From: an uncultured virus (IMG/VR IMGVR_UViG_3300025885_000003)
Taxonomy: Duplodnaviria; Heunggongvirae; Uroviricota; Caudoviricetes
IMG/VR virus record: IMGVR_UViG_3300025885_000003
DNA: 64,000 nt
Reading direction: 5' to 3' (one strand)
The translations under genes and the position numbers were made by a program. Of this stretch, positions 18,344 to 28,506 are shown piece after piece; the first letter of the stretch is position 1, and every line of letters begins with the position of its first letter. The notes below the pieces were generated by a model. It was not told the origin of the DNA. It searched no databases and worked only from the letters and a program-made list of their open reading frames with translations.

Positions 18344-18917
18344 TTCCCTTTCTTCGGTCGAGGAATGCTTGCATCGCTTCAATGACGATAGCCGCACCGC
18401 AGCCATCGAAGATGTCCAGGAGCCGCGCGATGCTGTCCGCCTTGTTCCGGGGAACCCCAGGACCTAAGGGCCGCTCATCCATGTCCTGCTGGATACGAGT
18501 CAGGGTCCAGATGGCCGAGGTCCGGATTCGATTGTCCGAGTCAGTCCGAGCGATGCGCCAGAGAATGCGCTTCAGCTTGCTGATCTCGATTTCTTCATCA
18601 TCGATGTCATCCGACAGTGACTGTTCCGCAACTCGCGCGTTCAGGTCAGATGTCGTGTCTGTGTCAAATGGCGTCCCCTCGGCCGCCGAGGCAGTCCGTG
18701 TTAGAACACTCGCTTTTACCCTGGCGGATTTGCCCTTCGTGACCTTCGATTTGTGGTCACCCCAGGCTGGGGGAATGAGGCCCGCGTTGACCAGTTCGGC
18801 CCTGGCATAGCCGATGGTTCGGAGGGAAACTCCGACTGACGCGGCTGCGTCCTTATTCGTTGCCGTAGGGTTGGCGAGCAAATACTCCTTGGCACGCTGT
18901 CTGGTATCAATTGCCAT
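18174..18917 (-). CDS. HTH protein, probable terminase small subunit
   Basis: N-terminal HTH (NPTATNKDAAASVGVSLRTI) and KRILWRIA…D..RTSA; first gene of the late arm. Confidence 0.5.
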   Translation of the reverse strand: MAIDTRQRAKEYLLANPTATNKDAAASVGVSLRTIGYARAELVNAGLIPPAWGDHKSKVTKGKSARVKASVLTRTASAAEGTPFDTDTTSDLNARVAEQSLSDDIDDEEIEISKLKRILWRIARTDSDNRIRTSAIWTLTRIQQDMDERPLGPGVPRNKADSIARLLDIFDGCGAAIVIEAMQAFLDRRKGNDSARKLSPDTGATALSSAGVAESPGSIPVVRPDDGPAGPVQLALHFTSDEHSDQG

Positions 18918-19025
18918 CCAGAAAATCCTTTCGTAAGTCGGGCCATCTCAACTCTTTATATCGGGTCCCATTTCGTGGGGAGCCTCCCCGGGGTGGCCTG
19001 ATTCATGCTTCGAGCCAACGTTTAA

Positions 19026-19054
19026 AGCATAGCACAACACGCACCAGCGTGCAA
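19026..19054 (-). promoter_or_regulatory. Sigma70-like promoter for the leftward (late) arm
   Basis: TTGCAC-17 nt-TATGCT with an extended -10 TG. Confidence 0.55.
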
Positions 19055-19116
19055 GCGCCGTTGTCAAGCCCACGTTATGTCCATGTCAAGCGTACGACAA
19101 CACACATAACCCCATG

Positions 19117-19133
19117 CTGGCACGCGACATGCA
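19117..19133 (+). promoter_or_regulatory. Sigma54-type -24/-12 motif
   Basis: CTGGCACGcgacATGCA (GG-N10-GC). Confidence 0.6.
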
Positions 19134-19136
19134 CTA

Positions 19137-19153
19137 TGCACAAAACGTGCCAA
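19137..19153 (-). promoter_or_regulatory. Sigma54-type -24/-12 motif
   Basis: TTGGCACGttttGTGCA on the minus strand. Confidence 0.55.
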
Positions 19154-19399
19154 CGTGCAGCCTACCCTCGGCCGTGTGCGTGACATGAGCGGGCCGCGAG
19201 GGTTGACAGCACTCCGTGTGATAACTCACGAGTCGTGCGCCCGCGCAATGCCCGCAACGCGATTCTGCAACGTAACTTGTGTGTGCGAACGCACTTACGA
19301 CGAATCCCATTATCGGACACTATTCGCTAACCCTATGCGTGCCAACGGGATAGACGAACACGCGCGTGCGACACAGGTCAAGAATCCCACCCCGGCGTG

Positions 19400-19416
19400 C
19401 TGGCACGACACATGCA
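19400..19416 (+). promoter_or_regulatory. Sigma54-type -24/-12 motif upstream of the first early gene
   Basis: CTGGCACGacacATGCA. Confidence 0.6.
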
Positions 19417-19522
19417 CTACAGTCCGGCAGACACACGAACCGGGCACACCGAAAGAAACCACTTGACGCACGCCCGGCACACATGAGACAGTCTTACACG
19501 TAATTCTGGAACGGGGGAGCAA

Positions 19523-19678
19523 ATGACACCGCGCCAAGCATACCGTTACGCTCGCGCAGTCAAGCGAATGCACGATGCGTTCGACACGCCCGACTGGACG
19601 CGGCTTTCTCTAGTCGCGGAATCGCTGCGACTCAGGCTTCCCAAGCATGTGCAAGCGGCAATCGCATCGCATGTTTAA
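19523..19678 (+). CDS. First early small ORF (51 aa)
   Basis: GGGGGAG SD plus ATG. Confidence 0.45.
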   Translation: MTPRQAYRYARAVKRMHDAFDTPDWTRLSLVAESLRLRLPKHVQAAIASHV

Positions 19679-19833
19679 CCCCGGAGAGACAATGGAACCG
19701 ATCATTCGCTGTACTGTGTGCGGAGAAGAAACCACGCACAATCGCGAGTCAAGCATGTACGGTTCAGTCCACCGCTATGGGCCGACCGATCATCCGTTCA
19801 CGCCCGAAGCCACTAAGTAACCCCGGAGGCACC

Positions 19834-20568
19834 ATGCGTACCGTATTCACGAACGACATGCTAGTGCATGTGTTTGCGCAGCAAACTCAAGCGCACGGGC
19901 GTTCAAACTCCATGCACTTTGAGGGTGACACGCTTTATTCGTATCACACGCCGATTGCGCGCATTGTGTGGAGCAAGGCCAATCCGACGCAGCGCGTCAT
20001 GCTGATAACATCCGAGTCCCACAGCGTGACAACGGCGCAACACAAGTCACGCGCGAACCGGGCATGGGGATATGCCGTATTCCATGTGCCGTCACTCGGC
20101 GTTAGCGGCGGAAGGCACAGCGAAGGCGCATGGGGCAAGGTTCCCAAAGTGGACCACAAGCGCAACCTCTCTTTCATGGTAGGGGAATATTACGATTACG
20201 TTTCTCGACTCAAGCGCGCTCGTGACTTGTGGCGTGAAGTCTCGGAATCACTCGCCGATGTTGCTGCGCCAATCCACCGCTACGCCGAGACTTTCGGACT
20301 CCATCACGTTCTAGACGTTGCGGGCGATACCGCGAGTGTCCTACAGGCTCGTGCGGAATGCGAAGCGCGCGCAAACACTCCACCAGTACTGAGGAAAAGC
20401 AGGCTATGGGCAGTCCAACCGGGCCGCTGTATCACACGCAACGGAATCATGCTTGTCACAATCCACCGCTGCGAACACCCACTTTCTGGTAACGCTACCC
20501 TCGCGCCGTCCGAAGCCGACACCCTGACGCATCGCATCGTGGCGTTGCTGAACAAGTATGGAGAATGA
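19834..20568 (+). CDS. Early hypothetical protein
   Basis: GGAGG SD; FEGDTLYSYHTPIA…HSVTTAQH motif. Confidence 0.7.
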   Translation: MRTVFTNDMLVHVFAQQTQAHGRSNSMHFEGDTLYSYHTPIARIVWSKANPTQRVMLITSESHSVTTAQHKSRANRAWGYAVFHVPSLGVSGGRHSEGAWGKVPKVDHKRNLSFMVGEYYDYVSRLKRARDLWREVSESLADVAAPIHRYAETFGLHHVLDVAGDTASVLQARAECEARANTPPVLRKSRLWAVQPGRCITRNGIMLVTIHRCEHPLSGNATLAPSEADTLTHRIVALLNKYGE

Positions 20569-20766
20569 CATGGCTGGCATCCTGCTCCTCGCGGCCTACC
20601 TACTCCTCGCCTACTGTGGCGAGATGGATTCGCGGAAGTAACATGCACCGTCTCCGCATCATCCTGGGCATGATAACCTCTCTCCCCGCAGTCATCGTCA
20701 TCATGCTACTCACACTCCCCAACCGCTGGCGCAAGAAGTAACGCGGAGGCTCCCGACGTTGAGCAA

Positions 20767-21183
20767 ATGGCCTTGACCTTGCTGGACTTCACCGACTACA
20801 CCGAGCGAAAGCTACTGCTTGAAGCCCTCGGTTTCTACATGGTCAGCAACGGCTCATTCAAACGGTGCTACATGCATGACAACTGTCCATTCGTTGTCAA
20901 GCTAAGCTGTACGTTCGGCCCTGACGCGCTCGGAATGCTCGAATCCACAAACTACTTGACAGCACCGGACGACATCCGGCATCATCTTCTCCCCATTCTC
21001 GCGGAGGGTCCAGACTGGCAACTTCAGGCTGCCGTTGACAGGAATCTTGAATGGAGAGTCTGCCCTGCGGACTGCCCTGTTCGAGATTACCATGACATGT
21101 GGAACAAGAGTCATGTACACTATCCCGATGGCACTATCGCAGTTTTCGACTACGGACAGCGCAACCAGTGGGTAAAGGATTAA
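20767..21183 (+). CDS. Minimal protein-kinase-like protein (putative)
   Basis: GSFKRCY, VVK, E, HD..N and FDYG occur in kinase order. Confidence 0.45.
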   Translation: MALTLLDFTDYTERKLLLEALGFYMVSNGSFKRCYMHDNCPFVVKLSCTFGPDALGMLESTNYLTAPDDIRHHLLPILAEGPDWQLQAAVDRNLEWRVCPADCPVRDYHDMWNKSHVHYPDGTIAVFDYGQRNQWVKD

Positions 21184-21202
21184 CACTCAACCGGAGGAAC
21201 CA

Positions 21203-21625
21203 ATGCTTCTCGACATCAGCAATCCCGCGCACTACGACATCGCAACTGCTCTTCGTGGTCCTGACGATGATGTAACCATCGTTAAGGCAATCTGTACCGC
21301 TGTCATCCGCTATCATGTAGTCGATTTGACAAAGCTCCGTCCCGCCATCAGTGACGGTTTTGAGTTTGAACTAAACGGCGCACTCGTGAACAGTCCTGAC
21401 TTTGTCCGTGCTCGCTATACGGGTAATAGCGGGGCAAACCCACCCAAGTCCTGGCACCATGTCTATCACGCAATGAGAGCATTCCAAGCTCTCGATGTAC
21501 TGTACCCTGACCGGGGTATCAAAGAGTACTGGACCTGGGCGGCCATGTATTTGTTCAACTGTGACGCGCACCTCTCTCCTCTCGGACAGTTCCCCCTCGA
21601 TTCCGGCCCCTTCCACACGCCATAA
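21203..21625 (+). CDS. Hypothetical protein
   Basis: GGAGG SD; 140 aa. Confidence 0.6.
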   Translation: MLLDISNPAHYDIATALRGPDDDVTIVKAICTAVIRYHVVDLTKLRPAISDGFEFELNGALVNSPDFVRARYTGNSGANPPKSWHHVYHAMRAFQALDVLYPDRGIKEYWTWAAMYLFNCDAHLSPLGQFPLDSGPFHTP

Positions 21626-21731
21626 TGTACACATCCATCTCAAGCTGGTGGTGCTGGTTCGGCATCGCGCTTCTCACTCTCTCGGCCCTGATGTTCACGT
21701 ATCTCGTACTCTGCACTGAAAGGAACAACTG

Positions 21732-22055
21732 ATGAACACCAACAAGCTCGTCTCTGCTAACGATGTCTGCGAATATTGGCGGCCCAGATTCAAGAAAGTC
21801 TTCGGCTCTCGCCGTGTCAATCCTACCACAGTCGCACGCAAGGCACTCACGCTGCGCCTCTCTCCGCTATACCGAACCGACGCCCTCGACTGGGCACTCG
21901 ATCGGCACTTCGGCGCGTCGGCTTCAGTTCTGCCGTTAACTGACGCCATCATGAAGAAGAAGCCCAAGGATCGACCGACCTTGCTAAACCGCATCCTTCG
22001 CTCGCCCTCCATCGAACAGGCACTCAACAGGTACGGGAAAAATGCCCAAGGGTAA
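21732..22055 (+). CDS. Hypothetical basic protein
   Basis: AAGGA SD. Confidence 0.55.
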   Translation: MNTNKLVSANDVCEYWRPRFKKVFGSRRVNPTTVARKALTLRLSPLYRTDALDWALDRHFGASASVLPLTDAIMKKKPKDRPTLLNRILRSPSIEQALNRYGKNAQG

Positions 22056-22296
22056 CGCACCGGTCGCGCAGACTGTCATCGCTCCGTTCCATATCGCCAT
22101 CTTTGACAACGGTCCAGACAAGCCCATCGGAGTACAACTTCAGACCGGTTCATTCCGAGGAGCCAGTCGTATCCTGATTCGTCCAGGACATGTCAAGGGA
22201 TTACGTGACGCGGCAGACTGGATTGAGCAAGAAACAGCAAGGCTCAAGCTGGACCGCCGCGCCTCTGAACCTGGGGACGAGGAACCCCCCAAGTAG
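22042..22296 (+). CDS. Hypothetical protein
   Basis: Overlap-coupled ORF. Confidence 0.5.
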   Translation: MPKGNAPVAQTVIAPFHIAIFDNGPDKPIGVQLQTGSFRGASRILIRPGHVKGLRDAADWIEQETARLKLDRRASEPGDEEPPK

Positions 22297-22774
22297 TACA
22301 AACCATAGTATGCACCCCCTAGTGTGCAGCATGCACACGAATAGGGGTGTGCTGACTTGGTTTTACTCTTAAAAGAAGCAATCAAAAACCCACGAAAAGG
22401 GGGTGTCATGTCTCTCAAGAAATTGATGATGGTCAGTGGTGTAGTTGTCATGTCTCTGACATCCCTCTTCTTCGCTTTCTGGGTGCTAATCCTGGTTGCT
22501 CTCTCCCAGGGTTTGGCATCCCTCGCTGGGACGCTCTGTGACGCGCTACGATGGCCCGTCTAGCCCCTCGCAGATAGGAGGAACACCTTGACACCGGAAG
22601 AGAAACAGGCTGCACATGACGCAATCGAAGCTGAGGCGCAGGCCGATGCGTTGGTATCACGTTGTCGCGCAATGCTTTACCGTGCTGGCACCCTCTACGA
22701 CAAGTGCAGCGCCCGAGGGATGGCTGTACACGTAACTCTGATCGCTGATCAACTAACTATTACGGAGACTCCCG

Positions 22775-23305
22775 ATGCCCGCTGACGACCTAGTGGAATG
22801 CCCGCGTTGCTTCAAGTGGGTCGCCACGATCCACCACATTTGTTACGCGGCCGATCCCAAGAAGAGAACCCCGAAGCCTGTATCTCCTCCCGCTGACGAC
22901 CGGAGCGCGCCCATGCCTCTGAAGCCAGAGATTGTGAACGCCCTGAATAATGGCGACTGGCTTAACTTCACGGGCGAGCATGACATCATCATTGAGCTAT
23001 GTGCCTCTCACGAGCGCCTGCGAGACGCATGGGCCGCCGAGCGGGACCGTGCGGACCGGGCCGAGCACGAATGGGCAGCCGTCAACAACGCAGCTTCCGC
23101 CGAGTTTGAGCGTCGAGAGCGGGTCGAGCGCGACCTGCTCAGGGCGGCGCTGACCGGATTCGTGGACTCCTACGAAACGTGGTCGCTGCACGACTGCCCG
23201 GAGGACGAGATTTGCCATTGCTGCCTTGAGGCGACGCGATTCTTTCAGCTGTGTGTGGAAACCGCCCGCGCCGCCCTGGACCGATTCGGTGCGGAGGGCA
23301 AGTGA
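22775..23305 (+). CDS. Hypothetical protein (Cys motifs, coiled coil)
   Basis: GGAG SD; CPRC. Confidence 0.55.
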   Translation: MPADDLVECPRCFKWVATIHHICYAADPKKRTPKPVSPPADDRSAPMPLKPEIVNALNNGDWLNFTGEHDIIIELCASHERLRDAWAAERDRADRAEHEWAAVNNAASAEFERRERVERDLLRAALTGFVDSYETWSLHDCPEDEICHCCLEATRFFQLCVETARAALDRFGAEGK

Positions 23306-23685
23306 GCGTGACGGAGGAGAGGGATCGGGTTCTGGCCGATGATCTGGAGCTTGCAATCAAAGCTATGTCCGAGGGCGGCGAGGAGTTCGAGTTTCGGTGG
23401 TTGATCCCTCAAGGGCTTTCATACCGTTCGCACCAGTTCTGGGCTGACGGGTCGAGCAAGGAACAGTTCCACGGACTCAGCGAACGCGAGTTCGGAACCA
23501 TCCTGAAGGCTACTATTGCCGCAGCCCGCGAGCAGGGAGCAGAGGAGATGCGGGAGGCATTGGGTTGGGTGCTGCCTATGGCCCGTAGGTACGCAGCCGA
23601 GCACCCCATAGGACGAAACGCTGAGATTGTCGCACACGCCGAGGCCGTCTACGCCCTGTCGCTCTCCCAGGAGACGCCGAAATGA
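23302..23685 (+). CDS. Hypothetical protein
   Basis: GTGA overlap; GGAGG SD. Confidence 0.5.
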   Translation: MSVTEERDRVLADDLELAIKAMSEGGEEFEFRWLIPQGLSYRSHQFWADGSSKEQFHGLSEREFGTILKATIAAAREQGAEEMREALGWVLPMARRYAAEHPIGRNAEIVAHAEAVYALSLSQETPK

Positions 23686-23787
23686 GCCGAATCATCAGAT
23701 TAATTCTCGTCTTTCCCCTGTCGCACTTATTCTATACATGTCTGTTGTGGCTGCCTGTGATGCTGTCCGTGACCTTTGGAGGAATCG

Positions 23788-24006
23788 ATGAGCCGTGAAT
23801 CGCATAAGAACCTGAAGCGTGGTATCAAGCAGTCCCTTGTCGAGCGGGTCCAGCGTGTTCGTGCGTCAAGGCATGGTCAACCGCAGATGTTCAATCGGAA
23901 GCCGATGACTTCTCCGCGTATTGTTGAGGTCGCGGCTGGTCCGACCGGAACGTGGGGCAAGCGGAACGAAGCTCCGAAGGAGTCGGCAAAGAAGACAACA
24001 AAGTGA
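23788..24006 (+). CDS. Small basic hypothetical protein
   Basis: GGAGG SD. Confidence 0.5.
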   Translation: MSRESHKNLKRGIKQSLVERVQRVRASRHGQPQMFNRKPMTSPRIVEVAAGPTGTWGKRNEAPKESAKKTTK

Positions 24007-24384
24007 CGTTCGACATCAGCCGCTGGGAACTAGACTGGTTGCTCTGGCCCATGTGGTTTGGCTTCGGGCTGCTTGACAAGCGTGCCGATTGGTTCTATTG
24101 TCTTGCTCTCGGTCCGCTTCTCATCACACTCTACAGAAAGGATACGTACCAATGAATCGCGTAGTACATCTCATCCCGAAGGGGACTGACCCCAGGGAAG
24201 AGTGTCCGTGTGTCAGACAAGCCATTAAAGAACGGTATGTGTCTGTCCCGCGATACTTTCGGTTGGAGTATCGATGGTGGATCAATAATCAATCTATGTG
24301 AAGGTGGAATCACTAGTATCCTCGGAATTACTAAGGTCCCCAATAAGCTGTACATCCGTGTGGTCAACCGGAAGGCAAAGGTAG

Positions 24385-24723
24385 GTGGGGATGCTTAAAC
24401 TCGAACAACCAATTTGGAGAACTGGTCCGGCACCATCTGCGTCTGGAATTTACGCTATCCTCCGAGGAGAGACCATCTTATACATCGGTGAGTCTAGTAG
24501 ACTCGGTGCTCGTATTACGCAGCAGCGTCGCCGGTTCAAACAGTGTCGGGTTGTCTGGACACTCGTTTCTCCCTCTATTCGTAAACGGGAAGAGCGTAAA
24601 CTGATTGAGCACTACCGTCCCCGATTCTCTGTCACTCGGCAAGGATGGAGAGAACGATGGGAACAGTCGATGCAGCGGTTGCGAGCACGGCGAGCAGCAC
24701 AACGCGCATTGAGAGGAGAGTAA
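24385..24723 (+). CDS. GIY-YIG nuclease
   Basis: SGIYAI…LYIGES..L..R…E..LI..YRP. Confidence 0.8.
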   Translation: MGMLKLEQPIWRTGPAPSASGIYAILRGETILYIGESSRLGARITQQRRRFKQCRVVWTLVSPSIRKREERKLIEHYRPRFSVTRQGWRERWEQSMQRLRARRAAQRALRGE

Positions 24724-24724
24724 C

Positions 24725-25442
24725 GTGCTTTCCAACTATCCACCAGGAGTGACGGAGTCCATGCTCCCCGACAATCGTCCATGTGACAAGTTCCAAGATG
24801 ACGTTCTTAGCCTGATCGCCGCTGACATCAGTGCTCTCGGATCGAAACACGAGGGACATATCCTCGGGCTAATCGATCATGGTTTTGCGACGGACGAATC
24901 TCTGGCCCGTGTTGTCATGCGTGTCGATGACTATATTCGCGAGGAGAATCTGTCGTGAGTACCGACACCGTAACTGAAGTCACGCCGCAGGAGATCATCG
25001 ACGGGAAGGGACCCCGCGTGCAGCATTTCATTAACATCTGGACAAAAATTGCTGTCTGTGGAGTGCGTGTTCCCGGTGATACTCCCCGACGAGGTACGCC
25101 GAAGTGCGAAGCCTGTCGCCTTATCGCCGCACGGTATGGACAATGACCCCAGAAGACAAGGAGAAGTTCTGGGACGACACCGTCAAGGCAGCAAAGGACC
25201 ACGATCCACGCTTCATGAACGCTGTCGTTACGGCCCTGGTCCTTCGGTACGGTGACCTGAAGACCTGTGCCGCTGGCTGTCACACGTATGCTGCTGTGCG
25301 CCTCACGATTGAAGAACTCCGTAACGTGGTAGACCACTACAACTTAGGCCGACGCGCTCGTGCTCCGTATTGCATTGAACTCACGGCCATTTCAAGGGAG
25401 TACACAGATGTCCGAGAGCAGCACGGAGAGCACTTCGAGTAA
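24725..25442 (+). CDS. Run of three small hypothetical ORFs (24725-24958, 24955-25146, 25143-25442)
   Basis: Tightly coupled by GTGA/ATGA overlaps. Confidence 0.5.
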
Positions 25443-25764
25443 TCCAGTCTTCCGCGTCAAGTTCTATCGTGGGGCACTGAATGGACAGACGCGTGAGTTC
25501 AAGGTTGAAACTTCGACCATCACGCAGTACGGTTACACGTACGAAGCCACGGGACGCCGCGACGGTGACTTCTGGGTATTCGTACCAGTACCGAAGACGA
25601 AGAAGCTGAAGAAGTTCCTGCACTTCCTGCTGCAAGTGACGGGACGTGACCCTCGGCTCGCTGATATCAACATGCCTGTCAAAGCGACGCACCGAGGGAG
25701 GAATTCGCTTTGTTACTGCGGCTCAGGCAAGAAGTACAAGAAATGTCATGGAGGTACTGGGTGA
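25408..25764 (+). CDS. SEC-C motif protein
   Basis: C-terminal GRNSLCYCGSGKKYKKCHG. Confidence 0.85.
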   Translation: MSESSTESTSSNPVFRVKFYRGALNGQTREFKVETSTITQYGYTYEATGRRDGDFWVFVPVPKTKKLKKFLHFLLQVTGRDPRLADINMPVKATHRGRNSLCYCGSGKKYKKCHGGTG

Positions 25765-25772
25765 AAGAGATC

Positions 25773-26870
25773 ATGATCAGTTCAGACGTTCTGATCGAAG
25801 CTGCGGTGGACGTTCTCATGCACGCGACAATCAGTGGTGAAGTACACGCTGCGGATGGTTGTGGTTATCTTACCGGTCGGTTGACGCGTCTACTTATCGA
25901 GCGTGGAATCATGGACGAAGAAGATGACGATGTTTTCCGCGCAGCGATTACGAAACTGTTTGGGCAGAAGTTTCGTGAAGCGTTTCCGAAGTGTGATACA
26001 CCCGACGACGATTCCGGGTTGCGCTGATGTTCGGCTTCGGCGGTGGTAAGTTCGAATCAATCCGCATGACTGGTATCGACAACACGAAGGACATTGAACG
26101 CAAAGGAGGCTATGTTCATGTGTATGGTGTGCGCGAGTCTGACGTTGCTAACCGCGTCGTCGGCGTTGCTGTCTCGAAAGCTGATGCGCTTGACCTTGTC
26201 TCGAAAGCGCAGTACGAGGGTGTCCTCCCTACAATCGAAGTCCCTGCCCGATCCTGGTTCTACGTCGCCGTGCTCGGACCCAGCAGCTTCGAGAAAGACA
26301 GCCTGCCATCATGAATGACAAGCACGTCAAGTTGAGCATCGATAGCATGGGGCGAACCATCGCGGACGTATTTGACGATGGCTTGATCATCGATAAGATA
26401 CTGGCCCACAACAAGTTAGACTGTCTCGCTACTATCCGCTTGAACTACCCAACCTACGTGGTGTATGATCCAGAGGGTGAGCATATCTTTGTCTCTCCCA
26501 TCACGTTGACGACACGCAACGAGCAGTCACCGGTTTCGCCACATGCACCGGGAGATTTCCAGCGTCGTTGGATCGATGCGGCTGTTCACAACATCCTGGT
26601 CGAGACGGAACTTGAGCGGGCAGCAGGAACACTGAAGCCCTTTGTCGAAGGTGAACCAATCGGGGTGATCCCCGCAAACAAGAGGAGATCATGAGAAAGT
26701 TGTTGAATGTGAAGCAGGTTGCTGTGGCTGTGAATCCTACGACGTTCATCCGGTCCATCGTCGCAGTCGATACCAACGGAGATGTGTTCGAGTTCAATGA
26801 GTGGTCCCGTGCTTGGGTGCCTCTGCCTATGGAGGTCGCGCAGAATGAAGCGGTCACTAGTGGGGTATGA
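25773..26870 (+). CDS. Run of small hypothetical ORFs (25773-26027, 26027-26314, 26311-26694, 26691-26870)
   Basis: Coupled stop/start overlaps. Confidence 0.5.
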
Positions 26871-27086
26871 CGTTGTCGTCCCGTTCCTCTCTATGGAGGC
26901 GGCCAAGTCCGATGAAACATAACATCTGGGATCAGACGCCGCCACTGTGCAAGCACGGTGACAAGAAGACCACGCGCGTGACTACCCTCGCCCGCGAGGA
27001 TGAAGCGAAGCCGCGTAAGCAATTGCTTGTGACCCCGCCGTGCGGACGCAAGTCCTGCCCAATCCAGATGTACGAGGTGCAGAAGG

Positions 27087-27560
27087 ATGCGTAAGATAAC
27101 TTCGGAGAACGCAATGACCTCACATGAGGAACGCAAGGCTCTACTCACGGCTGCGCAGGAGCTTCATGATCTGCTCCAGTCCATTGCCCCGCGTGTACGG
27201 CAAGTCGTCAACTTGCTTATCGGTGCCGGAGATGAACTGGCCCTGGCTGCGGCTGACGAGGTGAGTGCGGGGACGCAGGTGACGAAGAAGAATGTCTCAT
27301 ATGTCAACACTGTAACCGGGAAGGCTGGCTCAGCCGCGTTCGATCTTCCGTTCGTACCAGGGAAACGGGCATGCAGTCTGTGCCGTGAGCCTGGACACCG
27401 GGCGACGAACTGCCCGAACGCACACAAGATTCAGGCACAGAAACGCGCCGAGGTGGAAGCACGCCCAGTGAAGAAGACTCGGGCACCGATGTCACCGGAG
27501 CGTAAGGCTAAGGCAATCGAGGCACTGGCGAAAGCGAGAGCAGCGAGGGGGAAGAAGTGA
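27087..27560 (+). CDS. CCHC zinc-knuckle protein
   Basis: CSLCREPGHRATNC; basic C-terminus. Confidence 0.7.
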   Translation: MRKITSENAMTSHEERKALLTAAQELHDLLQSIAPRVRQVVNLLIGAGDELALAAADEVSAGTQVTKKNVSYVNTVTGKAGSAAFDLPFVPGKRACSLCREPGHRATNCPNAHKIQAQKRAEVEARPVKKTRAPMSPERKAKAIEALAKARAARGKK

Positions 27561-27880
27561 TACGACGACTATCACCAGTAATTCTAATCGGTATTGGTCT
27601 CATCATGGTCATTATTGGGGAGATTGGGCTTCTTACTGCTCCTCCTTCCAACGCATGGCCCTGGCACAAGACAGTACGTGACGGTACGATCGTTGCACCT
27701 GATCCACAGCCAACGCATATCGAGTGGCATCAGTACCCGGTTGGTGGCTACTGGCTGGGCAATCCATTCCCGGATTCGACGGGCAACCATCCCTACATCG
27801 TGATCCCTCGCGGCGCGATCCTTGCTGTACCATACATCGTGAACGGAGCGGACCCGGATTCGGTCCACGCGAAAACGTGA
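27557..27880 (+). CDS. Membrane-anchored/secreted small protein
   Basis: N-terminal hydrophobic segment. Confidence 0.55.
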   Translation: MIRRLSPVILIGIGLIMVIIGEIGLLTAPPSNAWPWHKTVRDGTIVAPDPQPTHIEWHQYPVGGYWLGNPFPDSTGNHPYIVIPRGAILAVPYIVNGADPDSVHAKT

Positions 27881-28000
27881 CCCTAGGCCGAATCTGCTTC
27901 TGGTTCGGCTACGTTATGTGCATGATCGGCTTGACCTTCTTCGGTTGGGTCCTTCTCACGGGAGCCTGGAGACTGGTATATCTCTTAACACATCGTTGAC

Positions 28001-28029
28001 TTGCAACGCTGTCGCCCTTGGTGTAGTAT
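28001..28029 (+). promoter_or_regulatory. Sigma70-like promoter
   Basis: TTGCAA-17 nt-TAGTAT upstream of 28057. Confidence 0.45.
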
Positions 28030-28056
28030 TACCTCTTCCCCCCAGACAGAGCGTGT

Positions 28057-28506
28057 GTGAACCCCTTCGCCGTTGCTCTCGCTGTCGTTGTTCAGTTCAC
28101 GTTGCCGGCACATCTTGCTGGTCCTAACCCTTGCGTTGACGTGGGCATGCTGATGTCAGACCTTGACTCATGCCGGGTACTCTATCAAGTGACCGGAGAG
28201 ATAGGTCAATTGACCGCTTTTGCTGGTCAAGTACACGGGCTGGAAGGGACAGTCTTTTCAGTTGACATCCCAACTACGCAGCCAGCCACGGTCTGGGCAC
28301 AGACGAGACGGTTGTGGAGTCCCTGGTCGTGTAACTCGAACATGTTCACGATCAACGCACCGTTGAGTGTCCCGCCTGGGAAGGCTCGACCGTATAAGTA
28401 CTACGATGTGGCCGGTCGTGTGATTGTCCCGCCCCTGAAGCCTGGAGTTTACTTCTTGCGCCGTGAAGGCGATACGGAGAGTCATCGAATCGTGGTGATC
28501 AGATGA
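28057..28506 (+). CDS. Secreted FN3-like protein with a T9SS-CTD-like C-terminus
   Basis: Hydrophobic N-terminus; SCNSN; YYDVAGRVI…PGVYFLR…RIVVIR*. Confidence 0.6.
   Translation: MNPFAVALAVVVQFTLPAHLAGPNPCVDVGMLMSDLDSCRVLYQVTGEIGQLTAFAGQVHGLEGTVFSVDIPTTQPATVWAQTRRLWSPWSCNSNMFTINAPLSVPPGKARPYKYYDVAGRVIVPPLKPGVYFLRREGDTESHRIVVIR

Noticed and set aside
19271..19352. Two imperfect TAAC…TTA-type palindromes resembling IHF sites near the sigma54 motifs
   Set aside because: The match to WATCAANNNNTTR is too poor to call by eye.
19111..19420. Repeated TGCTGGCACG…CATGCACTA as a CRISPR or iteron array
   Set aside because: There are only two direct copies, about 283 nt apart; they are better explained as promoter motifs.
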